From assembly GCA_963785305.1 (NCBI GenBank), contig CAWAUV010000005.1, positions 96,001-160,000 of the forward strand: a stretch of DNA of 64,000 nt, read 5' to 3'. This DNA comes from an uncultured Planctomycetaceae bacterium (GTDB taxonomy: Bacteria > Planctomycetota > Planctomycetia > Pirellulales > PALSA-1355). The translations under genes were made by a program, and so were the position numbers. Positions 1 through 12,083 of the stretch are shown piece by piece. Every line of letters begins with the position of its first letter. Positions within the stretch are counted from its first letter, which is position 1. Under the pieces are notes generated by a model. That model was not told the origin of the DNA and did no database searches. It was given only the letters and a program-made list of their open reading frames with translations.

Positions 1-602
1 TGAATGCCGAGGCCCGGGCCACTGGCAATGGTGGTGATGCGCGTGGGCCTCTTGGTTTGGCTAGTGATGTCGCGAGGCGGCGACCAGGATTGGCCCTCGT
101 CGTCACTGGTGATGAGCCAATTGCGCACGATGAAGTCGCCCACGTGGCCGGGCTCGATCTTGTCGCTGCCCTCGCCCAGGTTCGGCGGATAGCTTTGAAA
201 CATGAGCAGAATTCGGCCACTCTCGCGCTCGACCAGGGCGCAAGGATTGTTCAGCGGCGCGGCGCCGCGCCGAGCGATGATCGAGCGTGGGCTCCAACTT
301 TGTCCGCCATCAAGGCTCCGCTTCATAATGATTTTGTTCTTGGCTTGGTCCGAGTTAGCCGCGCGGCCCTCGGCGAACGCGATCACGACGCCGTGCCTTG
401 ATACGACCACCGAAGGAATGCGAATCGCGACGAAGCCATCGGTCTGGGGCACGAATACATCGGCCAATGCCGGCGGATTCGCGGCGACTTGCCGAGGCAA
501 ATCGGCGGTCGCCGGTTCCTCCGCTCGCGACACTCGCGGCGCAAGCATCAAGGGCGCCAATGCGAGCAGGCACGGCAGCAACACGTGGGGTCGTATCGGC
601 AT
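1..602 (-). CDS. Exported sialidase/neuraminidase (GH33, BNR/Asp-box), partial; runs off the window start
   Basis: Not in the ORF track. Manual translation from ATG at 602 gives MPIRPHVLLPCLLALAPLML...DGFVAIRIPSVVVSRHGVVIAFAEGR...KRSLDGGQSW: signal peptide, RIP motif and SxDGGxSW Asp-box. Confidence 0.85.
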   Translation of the reverse strand, partial: MPIRPHVLLPCLLALAPLMLAPRVSRAEEPATADLPRQVAANPPALADVFVPQTDGFVAIRIPSVVVSRHGVVIAFAEGRAANSDQAKNKIIMKRSLDGGQSWSPRSIIARRGAAPLNNPCALVERESGRILLMFQSYPPNLGEGSDKIEPGHVGDFIVRNWLITSDDEGQSWSPPRDITSQTKRPTRITTIASGPGLGI

Positions 603-619
603 GATTTGGAAATCCGAAC

Positions 620-1861
620 TCAATTCGCCGGATGCGCGATAGCGTTGCGGCCGGTCGCGCACGCGTGGGCGGCGAGCAGAATTCGTTCCAGCGCGGCGTC
701 GATCTCCGCGGCGGTTGTCGAGAGGCCCAGGCTGAAGCGGAGCGAGCTGCCGATGATCTCGCTCTCGCAGCCCATCGCCACCAGCACATGCGAGGGCTCG
801 CTTGAGCCGCTCGCGCAGGCGCTGCCGGTCGAGCAGGCCAACCCGGCCAGATCGAGCGCCATGAGCATCGCCTGGCGATCGACTCCGCGAAACGCGAGGT
901 TCGACACATGCGGCAGGCGCATCGCGCCCGAACCGTTGACCACGAGCCGCGGCCATTCGACTCGCAATCGCGATTCGAGCCGATTGCGCAGCTCGCGCAA
1001 GCGACGGGCATGTCCCGCGGCGTCGGCATGCCAAAGCTCAAGGGCCCGGCGAAATCCGATCGCCAGCACCGTCGATTCGCTGCCGGCGCGAAGCCCGTCT
1101 TGCTGGAAGCCGCCCACGATTCGCGGCGCAAGCTGTACTCCGTGGCGCAGCACCAAAGCGCCGATTCCCACCGGGCCATTGAGCTTGTGCGCGGTAATCG
1201 TCATGGCCGCGACATCGAGCGAGTGTAGGTCGATCGGCAGTTTGCCGGTGACTTGCGAGGCGTCGGTATGGAGCGGAACTCCGGCGGCGCGGCAAATGGC
1301 CGCCGCTTCATCGACCGGCTCGACCACGCCGGTCTCGTTGTTGCCGAGCATGAGGCTCACCAAGCGAGTGCGGGAATGCACGAGCCGGGCGAGCATGTCG
1401 AGATCGAAGTGGCCATCGCGCGAAACAGGCAGCCGATGCACGATCCAGCCATGCTTTTCCAGGACTTCGGCCGGCGCGAGCACCGTGGGATGCTCGATCG
1501 CGGAGACGATCAATTCATGGGGACCGGCCGCGATTTCGGTATCACTCGCCGCCGCCAGCGTGGCGCGGTGCAGGGCGAGGCCGAAGATCGCGAGATTGTT
1601 CGCCTCGGCGCCGCCGCTGGTAAAGATCACTCGATCGGGCCGGCGGCCGAGCATGTCGGCGCCCAGCATTAGCCCGATGGCTTCGCGCGCGGCGTCGAGC
1701 ATTTGACGAGCGCGGCGACCAGCGCGGTGTTGGCTGGCGGGGTTGCCATGGCCGGCGAGTTGGGCTTCGGCCATGGCGTCGGCCACTTCCGCCGCCAGCG
1801 GCGCGGTGGCGTTGTGGTCGAGATAGATTTCCTTCGGCTCGATCTTGGCTTCACGAATCAT
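620..1861 (-). CDS. iscS: Cysteine desulfurase, IscS/NifS family
   Basis: IYLDHNAT, HTDASQ, PLP-lysine motif TAHKLNGP, catalytic CSTGSAC, SLRFSLG. Confidence 0.92.
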   Translation of the reverse strand: MIREAKIEPKEIYLDHNATAPLAAEVADAMAEAQLAGHGNPASQHRAGRRARQMLDAAREAIGLMLGADMLGRRPDRVIFTSGGAEANNLAIFGLALHRATLAAASDTEIAAGPHELIVSAIEHPTVLAPAEVLEKHGWIVHRLPVSRDGHFDLDMLARLVHSRTRLVSLMLGNNETGVVEPVDEAAAICRAAGVPLHTDASQVTGKLPIDLHSLDVAAMTITAHKLNGPVGIGALVLRHGVQLAPRIVGGFQQDGLRAGSESTVLAIGFRRALELWHADAAGHARRLRELRNRLESRLRVEWPRLVVNGSGAMRLPHVSNLAFRGVDRQAMLMALDLAGLACSTGSACASGSSEPSHVLVAMGCESEIIGSSLRFSLGLSTTAAEIDAALERILLAAHACATGRNAIAHPAN

Positions 1862-1869
1862 GCGGAACC

Positions 1870-4800
1870 TTATTTCTTGGTCGCCGCTTGGGTCGCGACG
1901 TTATTTCTTGACACCGTTGCTCTCTTGAACGCCGCTGACCTCTTTACCCTCGACCGCTTTGACTCCATTGACCTGGAGATCAAAATTCTTGAATCGAACC
2001 TCGGTCGGCTCGCCGGAATGCAATTGCAAGCCAAACACGCCCCGGCGAGCGCCGGCGGATCCTCGAGATCGACAGACAACTGACCATTGATCCAGGCGCG
2101 AACATGCGAGCCGCGGGCCTCTATCTCATAATGATTCCACTCGCCCGGTTTGACTAGGGCCTCGCCGCTCTTGGGCCACAAGAGGCCGCGGCCCGATTCT
2201 TCAAAGAGCTTGCCCCACCAGCCGGCGCCGATATCGGCCTGATCGCCGCGGGCCTCGCCATTGGGGAGTGCATGGCTGCGGAACTGAATCCCGCTATTGC
2301 CGCGGTTTTCCACGAGTTTCACATCGACCGAAAACAGAAAATCCTCGGCCATGAGGTCGCTAAACAAAAACTCGTTGCGCGAAATGCCAGGCGACCGACC
2401 GCATAATTCGCCATTTTCCACCGACCAATATTCCTTGGCGCCCGACCAGCCCGCGAGATCGTGGCCATTGAAAAGCGACTTCGCGTTGTCGGGAGTGGCC
2501 AGGATCGCGGTTTGGCTCGGGCTCGCCAGATACGCCACCAGCGAGCGGATATCGCGCTCCGACAGCGGCTTGAGAATCTCCTCGGGCATCATGGATTTGC
2601 TGCTCACGGCTCGCTGCTCGATATCGGACTTGGCGATCGCGAGCGTTTCGGTCGGAGTGACGAGCTTGAGCGAGCTCGCGTCTTCGTCGCGCACAAGGCC
2701 GATCAGGGTGCGGCCATCGGTGGTCACAATCACCTGCGCCAGATAGTCCTTGCCGATCACGGCGCTCGGGTCGACGATATTCGAAAGCACATAGTCGAGA
2801 TTCGCGCGATTCGAGCCGGTAAGCTCGGGCCCCACTTTGCCGCCGACGCCGAAGAGGGTATGACACTGAGCGCAGGTCTTGGCGAACACCGCCCGGCCCA
2901 AGGCCAAGTCGGGCGCATTGTCCGTGGCGGGCGCATTTGACAACATCTTGCGAAGTTGCCCGATCTGTTTGGCGCGGTCGGCCGAGGTTTCGTTGAGGCT
3001 GCCCCAGAGGCGGGTCAACTCGGAGTCGATCTTTTCATCTTTCAAGTTGTGCAACTGCCGAGCGATGTCGGCCGAGAGGTCGGAGGCGGCGATCTCTTTT
3101 CGGTCGACGGCCGCGAGCAGCGCCCGGCCCGAATCGCGGCGGGCGGCGAGCGTGCCGAGGGCGTCGCGGCGATCGCTCGGCGAAAGATTCGCATAGGCGG
3201 CGATCATGAGCGGCGCGGTTCGCGGATCGTCGAAGGCGGCAAGACCGCGAATCGCGGGGCCGGCCAGCGCCGGGTTCGCAATCAAGCGTTGCAACGCGGC
3301 CGCAAGCGCCGGCGGGCGGGGCTTGAGCAACGAGGCGAGCGCTTCTTGCGCATGGCCAGCGGCGCCGATTCGTCGCTCAATTGCGCGATCCGGGCCGCGG
3401 TCGCCGAAGGATCGCCAAAGGTGAGCGCGAGCGTCATCGCCTCGGCGCGCACTTCGGTGTTGGGACTCGCCGAGAGCCTCGCATGGATCGCCGACCAACC
3501 GGCCGGCGCGGGCAGCGATCGCTGGGCGATCAGTGCTTGATTCATCGCGCGCAGCACCAACAGTTGCATCGGCGCCGCCTCGGCCGCGTTCGTGCTTTCG
3601 CTGCCCAATAGGCTCGTGGTCAGGGTCGCGAGCGCTCCGGCTTCGGCCGGCTGGGCGATGCGTCGCACCAAATTGCTCCGCAGCTTGGAAATCTCGATAT
3701 GCGGCCACAGCGCGAGCGCCGCGCTCGGATCGGCGGCGGCCACCGACTCGAGCGCGTACCAATCCATGGCCGGCAAATTATGGTCGCCGCTGTCTTCTTC
3801 ATGCCCCAATAGCCCGCGCAAAATCGGCGGCCGCGCCGCGAGCGGCAATCGTTGACAGGCGCTCGCCAAGTAGAGCCGCACCACAGGCGAAGGATCGTTG
3901 ACCGCCAGTTGAGCGAAACGCTCGAGCGCCGCCGCCGAGGGCGCGCCCACTTCGCAAGCCAACTGCACCAGCCACGCGCGAACCAGCGGGCTATCATTTC
4001 CCAGGCCGGCGAGGATCGTGGCTTCGTCGAGCCCCTGGACCGCCGAAAGCGTCCACAGAGCCCGCAACCGCCGGGTTTCGTCGGCATGCGCCAGGGCGAG
4101 CTCGCGCAGCGTGGCCCGCACCGCGGGCCGCGCGCCGCGCTCTTGCAATATCCGCCGCGCATGCCGCGCGAACCAATCATTCGGATGCAATTGCAATCCG
4201 ACGAGCTCTTCGTCGGAAAGTTGCTTGAGATCGAGCGATTTCGGATCGGCCGGGTCGGCGTGAGGCACGACCGGCGGGGCGGTCGACGACGGCGCCTCCG
4301 GTATGCACGATCTTGAATATCCGGCCGTTCGAGCGGTCGTGGCCCGGCACGTTGCCGTGGTGGCATTGATTGCGGTCGTACCAGTCGATCATGGTCGCTT
4401 GGCCATCGGGGCCGTAGGTCAGATAGAGAATCTGCGACCATTGATCGTTGGCCATCAAAAAGTCGGGCGCCCGATCGCCATGGTAGCCCGAGCCTTGGGC
4501 GAAGAGATGGTCTTCGTTGAGCCGGGCGCCGTGGATGTTGTTCATGAATATCTGGTCGCGATATTCGGCGGGCCAATTGCCGCCCAGGTAGATCATGGCG
4601 CCGGCGTGGGCATGCCCACCGCCCGATGTGTCGGAGCGCCCGTTGCCAGCGTGCGGTCCGCCGCCGCCGCCCCAGTGGCGATGCTTGGCGATCGTGTCGA
4701 TTTCGTCGTAGGTATAATTGTTGAAATGTGAACCGGCTTGGCGAATGTAGCGTCCGTTTTGAATCACGTGATACAAGTGCGGAATCACGCAAGCGGTGAG

Positions 4801-6075
4801 AAAGGCTTGCCCGCGATCGTTGAAGTCCACGCCCCAGGGGTTGCTCGTGCCTTGGGCAAATACTTCGAACACATGTCGCGTGGGATGGTAGCGCCAAATG
4901 CCCGCGTTGATCGGAGTGCGCTCCGAATCGGCGGCGCCGGGCTTGCCGACGCGCGAGTGCGTGAATACTCCATGACAGCCATAGAGCCAGCCGTCGGGGC
5001 CCCAGATAAACGAGTTCAAGGTTTCGTGCGTGTCTTGGTAGCCCCAGCCGTCGAGCAAAACTTGCGGCGGGCCATCGGGCCGATCGTCGCCGTCGGCGTC
5101 GGGAATGAACAGAAAGTTCGGCGCCGCCCCGACCCACACTCCGCCAAAGCCTACTTCCAATCCGCTCACTAAGTTCAGCTTTTCCGCGAAAACCTTGCGC
5201 GTGTCGAAATGCCCGTCGCCGTTGGTGTCCTCGAAAATCAGAATCCGATCCTTGGCTTCGCTCTCGGGCACGCGCACCGGATAGGAATACGCTTCGGCCA
5301 CCCAGAGCCGGCCGCGGTCGTCGATCGCCATGGCGATGGGCTGTTGCACATCGGGTTCGGCGGCGAATAGTCTCACTTCGAAGCCGGGCGGCACGCTCAT
5401 GGCCCGCGCGGCGTCGAGCGGGGCGAGACCGGCCGCGAGGAAATGATCGCCCGGCGCCGCCGCTTTTTCGACCACGATATTCGGTCGCACTCCATGCAAC
5501 CGGAAATCATCGAAATTGATATGTCCCCAGCCCGCTTGGCTTTGATCCACGAGCCGAATTCGCATCGACTGGCCGACGAAGCGCGACAGATCGACGATCA
5601 CCGGGACCATGTCTTCTTTATGTGTGCCCGAAGACCGAAACACGACCTTATCGTCGACGATCAGTTCGACGCGCGTCGATTCACCGTCGCCGCCGCCAAT
5701 CAGAAAACTGGCGAATGGCTTGGAGACGATGAACGGCTTGCTGGTAAGCGTGCCTTGCCCCGGATCACCATGCCGTTCGTAGCCGCCGATCCACCATTTG
5801 CCGGCGTGGCGGCTCCGCATATCGCCCCGCCGCGGAGCCACGGTATCGCCTTCGATCGGCTGATCGGCGAAGGCGTCGCCGGTTGCTTCCCAATCGGCGA
5901 GCGTGCCGGATTCGAAATCGGTATCGAGCGGTTTGCCATCGGCGCCGAGGGGGAGCTCACCGCCGCGTGCGGCCGGTTGCGATTGAGCCCATGCGCCGTT
6001 CATGGCGACGGTCGAAAGAACAAGGCCCAAGAGCGTGGGGACGATGACACCTGGAACGATGACACCTCGAAGCAT
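1870..6075 (-). CDS. PVC-type heme-binding CxxCH protein (beta-propeller dehydrogenase-like, HEAT repeats, cytochrome c, DUF1080); split by frameshifts
   Basis: ORFs 4177-6075, 3282-4268 and 1870-3762 join into one typical architecture: FAAEPDVQQPIAMAIDDRGRLWV, CAQCH heme motif, GPELTGSNR, NSGIQFRS. Confidence 0.88.
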
Positions 6076-6279
6076 GTTGAATCAACTCCATACGACGACT
6101 TGGGGGGCGCGGGGCTCGGCGGGGGATAAGCCACTGGGAGCATGAATGTATCATGATAGCCAGCGACCTTCCGGCATGCGACGCGCCCGCCAGCGCCGCC
6201 AAAAAAACGCTGCCCCGCCCGAAGGTGGTGCAGCGTCGCATGGGGTGTGTTTTGAACCTATCCGAGACCCGTTCGGGGA

Positions 6280-7609
6280 TTACGAAGGAGTCGTCGCGGC
6301 CGGTTGTTGCGGCTCGGCGCCGTTGGCGGGCGCTTGCGGCGGCTTGGGCACCGGAACCGGCGCGACGCCGATCTTGTCGCCCATATAGTTCCGCAACAAG
6401 GCGATGAATGGATCCTTCGGCTGGAGTTTGCCGGCTTGATCCAATTCCGTGACGGCCTGCTTCGGATATCCCAGGAATCCATAATGATAGCCGAGCAAGA
6501 AGTGCAGTCCGGCCGAATTCGGATTCGACTTCGCCGCGCTCTCAAGCGACTTCAACTGGTTGTTGTAATCCAGCGGCTGACCATAGAGCTCCTTGTAGTT
6601 CTGCACGACCGCTCCCCACTGAGCCTCGGGCAGATAATTGAACGATGCGGCTGTAATCATGGCCGCCGGCTCGAATTGCCCGGTGGCGAAGAGTCGCCTG
6701 ACCGAGCAGCAAGCCGGTGCCCGCGGCGTTGGGATTGTCGATCAGGGCATGTTTGAAATCCGTGACAGCCTGTTGATATTGGCCGGTTCGGAAATCGTTT
6801 TCGCCCTTCATTTCGAAATCGGTTGCGCCCGCGGCGTTGGGCGTTTGATTGCCCACGGTGTTGGGGGCGCTGGCCGAATAATATCCGTTGTTGCCGTAGC
6901 TATTTCCATAGCCACCGTAACCTCCGCCGCCATAGCCACCGCCGTAGCCTCCATAACCGCCCATCCCCATCATGCCCATGCCGCCGAAGCTGCCTAGGCC
7001 ATAGCCGAGCAGAAAGCCGCCGAGGCCGCCGCCGTAGCCATATCCGCCATAGCCCAAGCCGCCATAGCCCAAGCCGCCATAGCCCAAGCCGCCATAGCCC
7101 ATTCCGCCATAGCCCATGCCCCCGTAGCCGGGATAACGACCGTTTCCGCCATGGGCGCCGCCGTAGCCGCCGCGATATCCGACGCCATGGCCGCCGTTTT
7201 GCGCGAATGCGCCGCGGTTGCCGTAAAACGCCGAATTCGCGCGGGCCACATTGCCGCGACCCGCTAGGCCGCCAACATTCCCGCGGCCGGCCATCGGGCC
7301 CATGTGCCCGCCGCCCACTCCGGCGCCATAAGCCCCACGATAACCGCCGTTGGCCACGCCACCGCGGTAACCGCCTCCGTAGCTTCCGCGGAATCCGCCG
7401 GCATAGCCGCGGGACCCTCCGCCGCCGTAGCCACGAAAACCACCGCCACCGCCGTGGTACCCACCTCCACCGCCGTGGAAGCCACCTCCGCCTCCGCCGC
7501 CATGCCCACCGCCACCTCCGCCTCCTCCGCCACCGTGCGCCCGAGCGCTGGCGGGCGTCATGAGTAGCGCAAGCGCGGCCAAGTATCTGGCGAATGTTCG
7601 AAGTCTCAT
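6280..7609 (-). CDS. Exported Gly/Tyr/Arg-rich low-complexity protein with C-terminal TPR repeats; one frameshift near 6690
   Basis: Signal peptide [24 protein letters not shown], then a Gly-rich tract; TPR motifs split between ORFs 6542-7666 and 6280-6660 ([13 protein letters not shown]). Confidence 0.75.
7040..7125 (-). repeat. Coding 15-bp tandem repeat (GYGG[L/M])
   Basis: GCCGCCATAGCCCAA occurs three times exactly, plus degenerate copies. Confidence 0.85.
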
Positions 7610-7924
7610 GGTAATGCTCCCCACGGCTATGGAAAAAGTATTTGGATCGCGAACGGATAACGACAAAGAAAAAAATCGCTCGCCTTGATACCGAAGCTAA
7701 TGCACACTGCATGCCGAGCAAAGGGCCGACGGCATAAATCGCCGGCCGAGGCCAGTTTTCGGCCTTTTCCGTCCAAGGTTTTCGGGTCGCGACAACGGAA
7801 CGACGCGGGAGACGTTGAATTCGAATTCCGCAATGCTGGTTGGCGAACGGCCACCGGGGTAGCTAGAAGATCGGCGAAGGCCGTTCGCCGAACGAGTTTT
7901 CTAACATCGCCGAAAGGCGCCTGC

Positions 7925-7971
7925 GGGGAGAGGGTAGGGCGAGGGCTCGACGAAGTTCCTGGATAGGCTCT
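7925..7971. repeat. REP/MITE-like dispersed repeat, copy 1
   Basis: GGGGAGAGGGTAGGGCGAGGG followed by GGATAGGCTCT; related sequences at about 12518, 17471 and 58897. Confidence 0.5.
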
Positions 7972-7994
7972 TAAAAAGACATCGCCGAGACAAA

Positions 7995-9650
7995 TCAGTG
8001 TCCGCCGTGCTGCTCGCCGGGCTTCATTTTTCGCAGCAGCAACACCACCGGCACGACCGCCAGCGCCGTCCACGCCAGGACACGGAAAATATCAATGTAG
8101 GACAGCACGAGCGCCTGAAGTTGCATCTCCCGCTCGATCACCGCGATCGCCGACTGCGGTCGGCCGGGATACAGGCCGCCAAGCTGTTCAAGCGCGTGGC
8201 GATAGTTGAAGTCATAGGGCGTGAGTTTGCTGACCAAACGCGCTTGGTGGAACTGGCTGCGCCGCGCAAGCATGGTTTGCACCATGGAAATGCCCACGCT
8301 GCCACCCAAATTGCGCGAAAGGTTAATCAGCGCCGAAGCGTTGTTGTTCTTTCCGGGCGGAAGCCCGACGTAGGCCACGGTCGACACCGGAATAAATAGA
8401 AACGCGATGCCTGCCGCTTGAATAACGCGATAGCCCGCCACATTGCGAAAAGCCACTTCCGACGTGAGGCCGCTCATGAGCCACATCGCCCCGAACTCGA
8501 CCAGCAGGCCAAACGCGATCAAGGTCCGCGGTTGCACGCGGCTGGTCAGATAGCCCGCCACCGGCATCGCCAGCATCACGGCGAAGCCGCCGGGGGTAAT
8601 CACGAGCCCGGCCCAGGTGGCGGTGTAGCCGAGCACCTGTTGCACGAACTGCGGCAATAGTTGCGTGGTGCTGAACAGAATGAAACCGACGGCAAACATC
8701 ACCAGATTGGCCCCCGCGAAGCCGCGATTGCCGAGCAAGTGCAGGTCCACGATCGGATCCTCGCGCTTCAATTCCCAAACGACCAGCGTGAGAATCGAGA
8801 TGGCCGAGACGATCGAAAAGCCGAGAATCAGGTTCGAGGCGAACCAATCGTCGCGCTGTCCCTTGTCGAGCACCAATTGCAGGCACCCAAGCCCCAGGGC
8901 CACGAGCCCAAAGCCGACATAATCGACCCGCAATCCCTTTGCCCGCATTCGCTGCCGGCGGCGCGTCTCGGCTTCGGGTTCCGTGAGCACGTAGTGGCTT
9001 AGGGCGAGCGACACGAGTCCGACCGGCACATTGATAAAAAACACCCAGTGCCAACTGTAGTTGTCGGTGATCCAGCCGCCGAGCGTGGGCCCCACGGCCG
9101 GCGCCACCACCACGGCGATGCCATAGAGCGCGAAGGCCATGCCCCGCTGCCGCGGCGGAAACGAATCGGCCAAAATCGACTGTTCGCTCGGCGCCAGACC
9201 GCCACCGCCGATGCCCTGAAAAATGCGAAAGATAATCAGCCATGTGAGCGAGGGAGCGAATCCGCACAGCGCGGAGCTTATGGTAAACAACGCCACGCAA
9301 CCCATGTAAAACGGCTTGCGGCCGATGACCGTGGCCAGCCATCCGCTGATCGGCAGCACAATCGCGTTGGCGACTAGGTAACTGGTGAGCACCCAGGTCG
9401 ATTCGTCGACACTCGCCGCCAGACTGCCGGCGATGTGCTGCAGCGACACGTTGGCAATGCTCGTGTCGAGCGCCTCCATGAAGGTGGCCATCGATACCAC
9501 AATCGCCACCAGCCAAGGATTGTGGCGGCCCGCCAACGAGAGCGAGCCCTCGACTTCTTCCTCGTCGCCGGAGTCGGATTGCGCCGCGGGCGCGTCCCGC
9601 GGCGCTTCGTCGTCTCGCGGGCCCGTTTTTGTCGCGGCGGCGTGCATCAC
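7995..9650 (-). CDS. emrB: DHA2-family MFS efflux permease (EmrB/QacA)
   Basis: FMEALDTSIANVSL, WVLTSYLVANAIVLP, WHWVFFINVPVG; many transmembrane segments; adjacent to a HlyD-family gene. Confidence 0.9.
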   Translation of the reverse strand: MMHAAATKTGPRDDEAPRDAPAAQSDSGDEEEVEGSLSLAGRHNPWLVAIVVSMATFMEALDTSIANVSLQHIAGSLAASVDESTWVLTSYLVANAIVLPISGWLATVIGRKPFYMGCVALFTISSALCGFAPSLTWLIIFRIFQGIGGGGLAPSEQSILADSFPPRQRGMAFALYGIAVVVAPAVGPTLGGWITDNYSWHWVFFINVPVGLVSLALSHYVLTEPEAETRRRQRMRAKGLRVDYVGFGLVALGLGCLQLVLDKGQRDDWFASNLILGFSIVSAISILTLVVWELKREDPIVDLHLLGNRGFAGANLVMFAVGFILFSTTQLLPQFVQQVLGYTATWAGLVITPGGFAVMLAMPVAGYLTSRVQPRTLIAFGLLVEFGAMWLMSGLTSEVAFRNVAGYRVIQAAGIAFLFIPVSTVAYVGLPPGKNNNASALINLSRNLGGSVGISMVQTMLARRSQFHQARLVSKLTPYDFNYRHALEQLGGLYPGRPQSAIAVIEREMQLQALVLSYIDIFRVLAWTALAVVPVVLLLRKMKPGEQHGGH

Positions 9651-9695
9651 GGAGGCCTTCTGAAAAGGTGGCGAAGCCGCCTCGCTCGGAGACGG

Positions 9696-11040
9696 TTATC
9701 GCACCGTGACCTGGGGCTCGACCGACATGCCCGGCCCGAGCACCATATCGCTGGGCCGCGGCTCGTCGAACACGATCTTCACCGGCACGCGCTGCACGAC
9801 TTTCACATAGTTGCCCGTCGCGTTTTCGGCCGGCAGCAGACTAAAGCTGCGCGCCGCTGCCACGCTGAAAACTATCGACATGCGCCCGCAGTGGGCGATC
9901 GGGATAGGCGTCGATCGAAACCACGACCGGCTGCCCGATGCGCATGGTCGTCAGTTGGGTCTCCTTGAAATTCGCGGTGACCCAAACCTCGGGATCGACG
10001 AGAGCGAAGAGCGGTTGGCCGCCGGTCAGATAATCACCTTGCTCGACCGTGCGATGCGTGACACGGCCGGTTATGGGCGCGACCACGTGGGCATACGACA
10101 AATTCAGTTCGGCCGCTTGAATTCTCACGCGGGCCTCCTGCAATTCGGCCTGGGCCGTCGTGTGCTGGAATCGGGCCAATTCGATCTGTGCATTGGCCAG
10201 GGCAACGCGCGCGTTGGCCGCCGCGAGCTGGGCGGTGTTCGATCGCGCCGTGGCGGTCGACGCGTCGAGCGACTGCTGGCTCACGGCTCCGCGCGGCGCG
10301 AGCTTCTTGTTCTGCGCCAGATCGATCTCGGAATTGTCGCTCATGGCCTGGGCGGCAACCACATCGGCCTTGGCCCCGACCGCTTGCGCCTGGGCGGCGG
10401 CGATCTGAGCTTCGGCCTGCGCGAGCTTGCCCTGGGCCGTGGCTTCGGCTGCCTTGGCTTGTTCGAGCGACACCTGAAATTCGCGCGGATCGATCTCGAG
10501 CAGTAGATCGCCGGCGTGGACGAGCTCATTGTCCTTGACCCGCAGGCTGACGACATAGCCTGCGACTTTCGATGCCATTTGCACGATGTGGCCATCGATA
10601 AAGGCGTCGTCGGTGTCTTCGAAATGCCTGGCGTGGAGCCAATACGCCACGCCCCCAATCACGACCACCGCGGCCACCGCCGCGATCGCCGCCGCGCGGA
10701 GCAGCTTTTGCCGCCGCGAGAGGGGTGGCTTCGCGTCGTCGTTCGAAGGATCGTCGGCCGAGGCATTATTCCGGCCCGGCGTCTCCTGGGCCCGCTCATC
10801 ATGGCGCCGAGACACTTGGGCGCCATCGCCCTCCCCGGAACGATCGCTTGGCTCGCCCTGGCGCTTCGGCCCGCGCGCCGCGCCGGGCGTCGAGTGCGAA
10901 GGTTGTGCTGGGTCGACTTCAGGCGAATCCATTCGCCGCCCGCGCCGCACAGTCGACTGTTCCTCGCTGGGGGCCGCCGCCACGGGCGGCAGGGCCGCTT
11001 GGTTTTCCGACGTAAGCAGTTTCTGAGTCGGCGTTTGCAT
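9696..11040 (-). CDS. emrA: HlyD/EmrA membrane-fusion protein; frameshift near 9845
   Basis: TDDAFIDG, WVTANFKETQL; the C-terminal FSLLPAENATGNYVKVVQRVPVKI is in ORF 9696-9881. Confidence 0.9.
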
Positions 11041-11507
11041 GGATGCAGCTCACTTGCGTTCTTTCGCCCCGGAATCTCTTGAACCGCGCTGACCTTATCC
11101 CGTTTGCAAACAGGCCGTCGCGTGCCGACTGGTGCGATCGAATATGTTAGCTGCAAAAACGGGGCCAAATTAGTTAGGATGCTAATGGAATTCTACGCGA
11201 AATCTACTCTTTCCGCGATTTTACGACCAGATGAATTGAAATTCCCCCGCCCGAGCGCCCGAGCGGGCGTGAAAAGTGGCGCGATACAAGCGGACGCGGT
11301 GGTCTATTTCCGCACATGCTTCGGCCGCCTCGCCCGGCGTTCGAGCGGAATCGATTGTTAAAAAGTTGCGAACGGCTGGGTTGAAAGATTCCTTCCCTCG
11401 CGGTAGATTAGTCGCTTCGATTTTTTTCTCCGAGCTAATTCTTTCGGACGGCTGCTCGCGACGGAGCGCTGGCCGGCTTGCGCTACAATTTAAGGACGGA
11501 TGCGGCA

Positions 11508-12011
11508 ATGAGCGATCACGCGACCAAGACCCCGGCGCCACGAGTCGGGTCGACCAAAACCTACATGGCCAAGCCAAGCGATCTCGACCCAAAATGGTTC
11601 CTGGTCGACGCCAGCGACAAGGTGGTTGGCCGTCTGGCGAGCGACATCGCCATGATCCTCATGGGCAAGCATCGCCCGAACTACACTCCGCATATCGACA
11701 CCGGCGACTTTGTCGTGGTGGTGAACGTCGACAAGATCAAGTTCACCGGCAAGAAATGGGAGCAGAAGGAGTATACCTGGACAACTTATTATCCGGGTCT
11801 CCGTAGCGAAACCGCCGCCACGCGGTTTGCCCGCGATCCGGCCATGATCCTCACCGAGGCCGTTCGCCGCATGTTGCCCAAGAACAAGCTGTCGTACAAG
11901 CGGCTTCTCAAGCTCAAGGTCTACTCGGGCGCCGAGCATCCGCATCAGGCCCAGCAGCCGCGGCCCAAGGAGCTGGGCATCAAGAAAGCCAAGAAAGTCG
12001 CGACCGCCTGA
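11508..12011 (+). CDS. rplM: 50S ribosomal protein L13
   Basis: WFLVDASDKVVGRLAS, GKHRPNYTPHIDTGDFVVVVN, HPHQAQQP. Confidence 0.97.
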   Translation: MSDHATKTPAPRVGSTKTYMAKPSDLDPKWFLVDASDKVVGRLASDIAMILMGKHRPNYTPHIDTGDFVVVVNVDKIKFTGKKWEQKEYTWTTYYPGLRSETAATRFARDPAMILTEAVRRMLPKNKLSYKRLLKLKVYSGAEHPHQAQQPRPKELGIKKAKKVATA

Positions 12012-12083
12012 GCCGCATTATTGCAAGCGCCGCGGCAAGACATTGATATCGCATCCCGAACCACTCGAACGAGATTTTGATTC

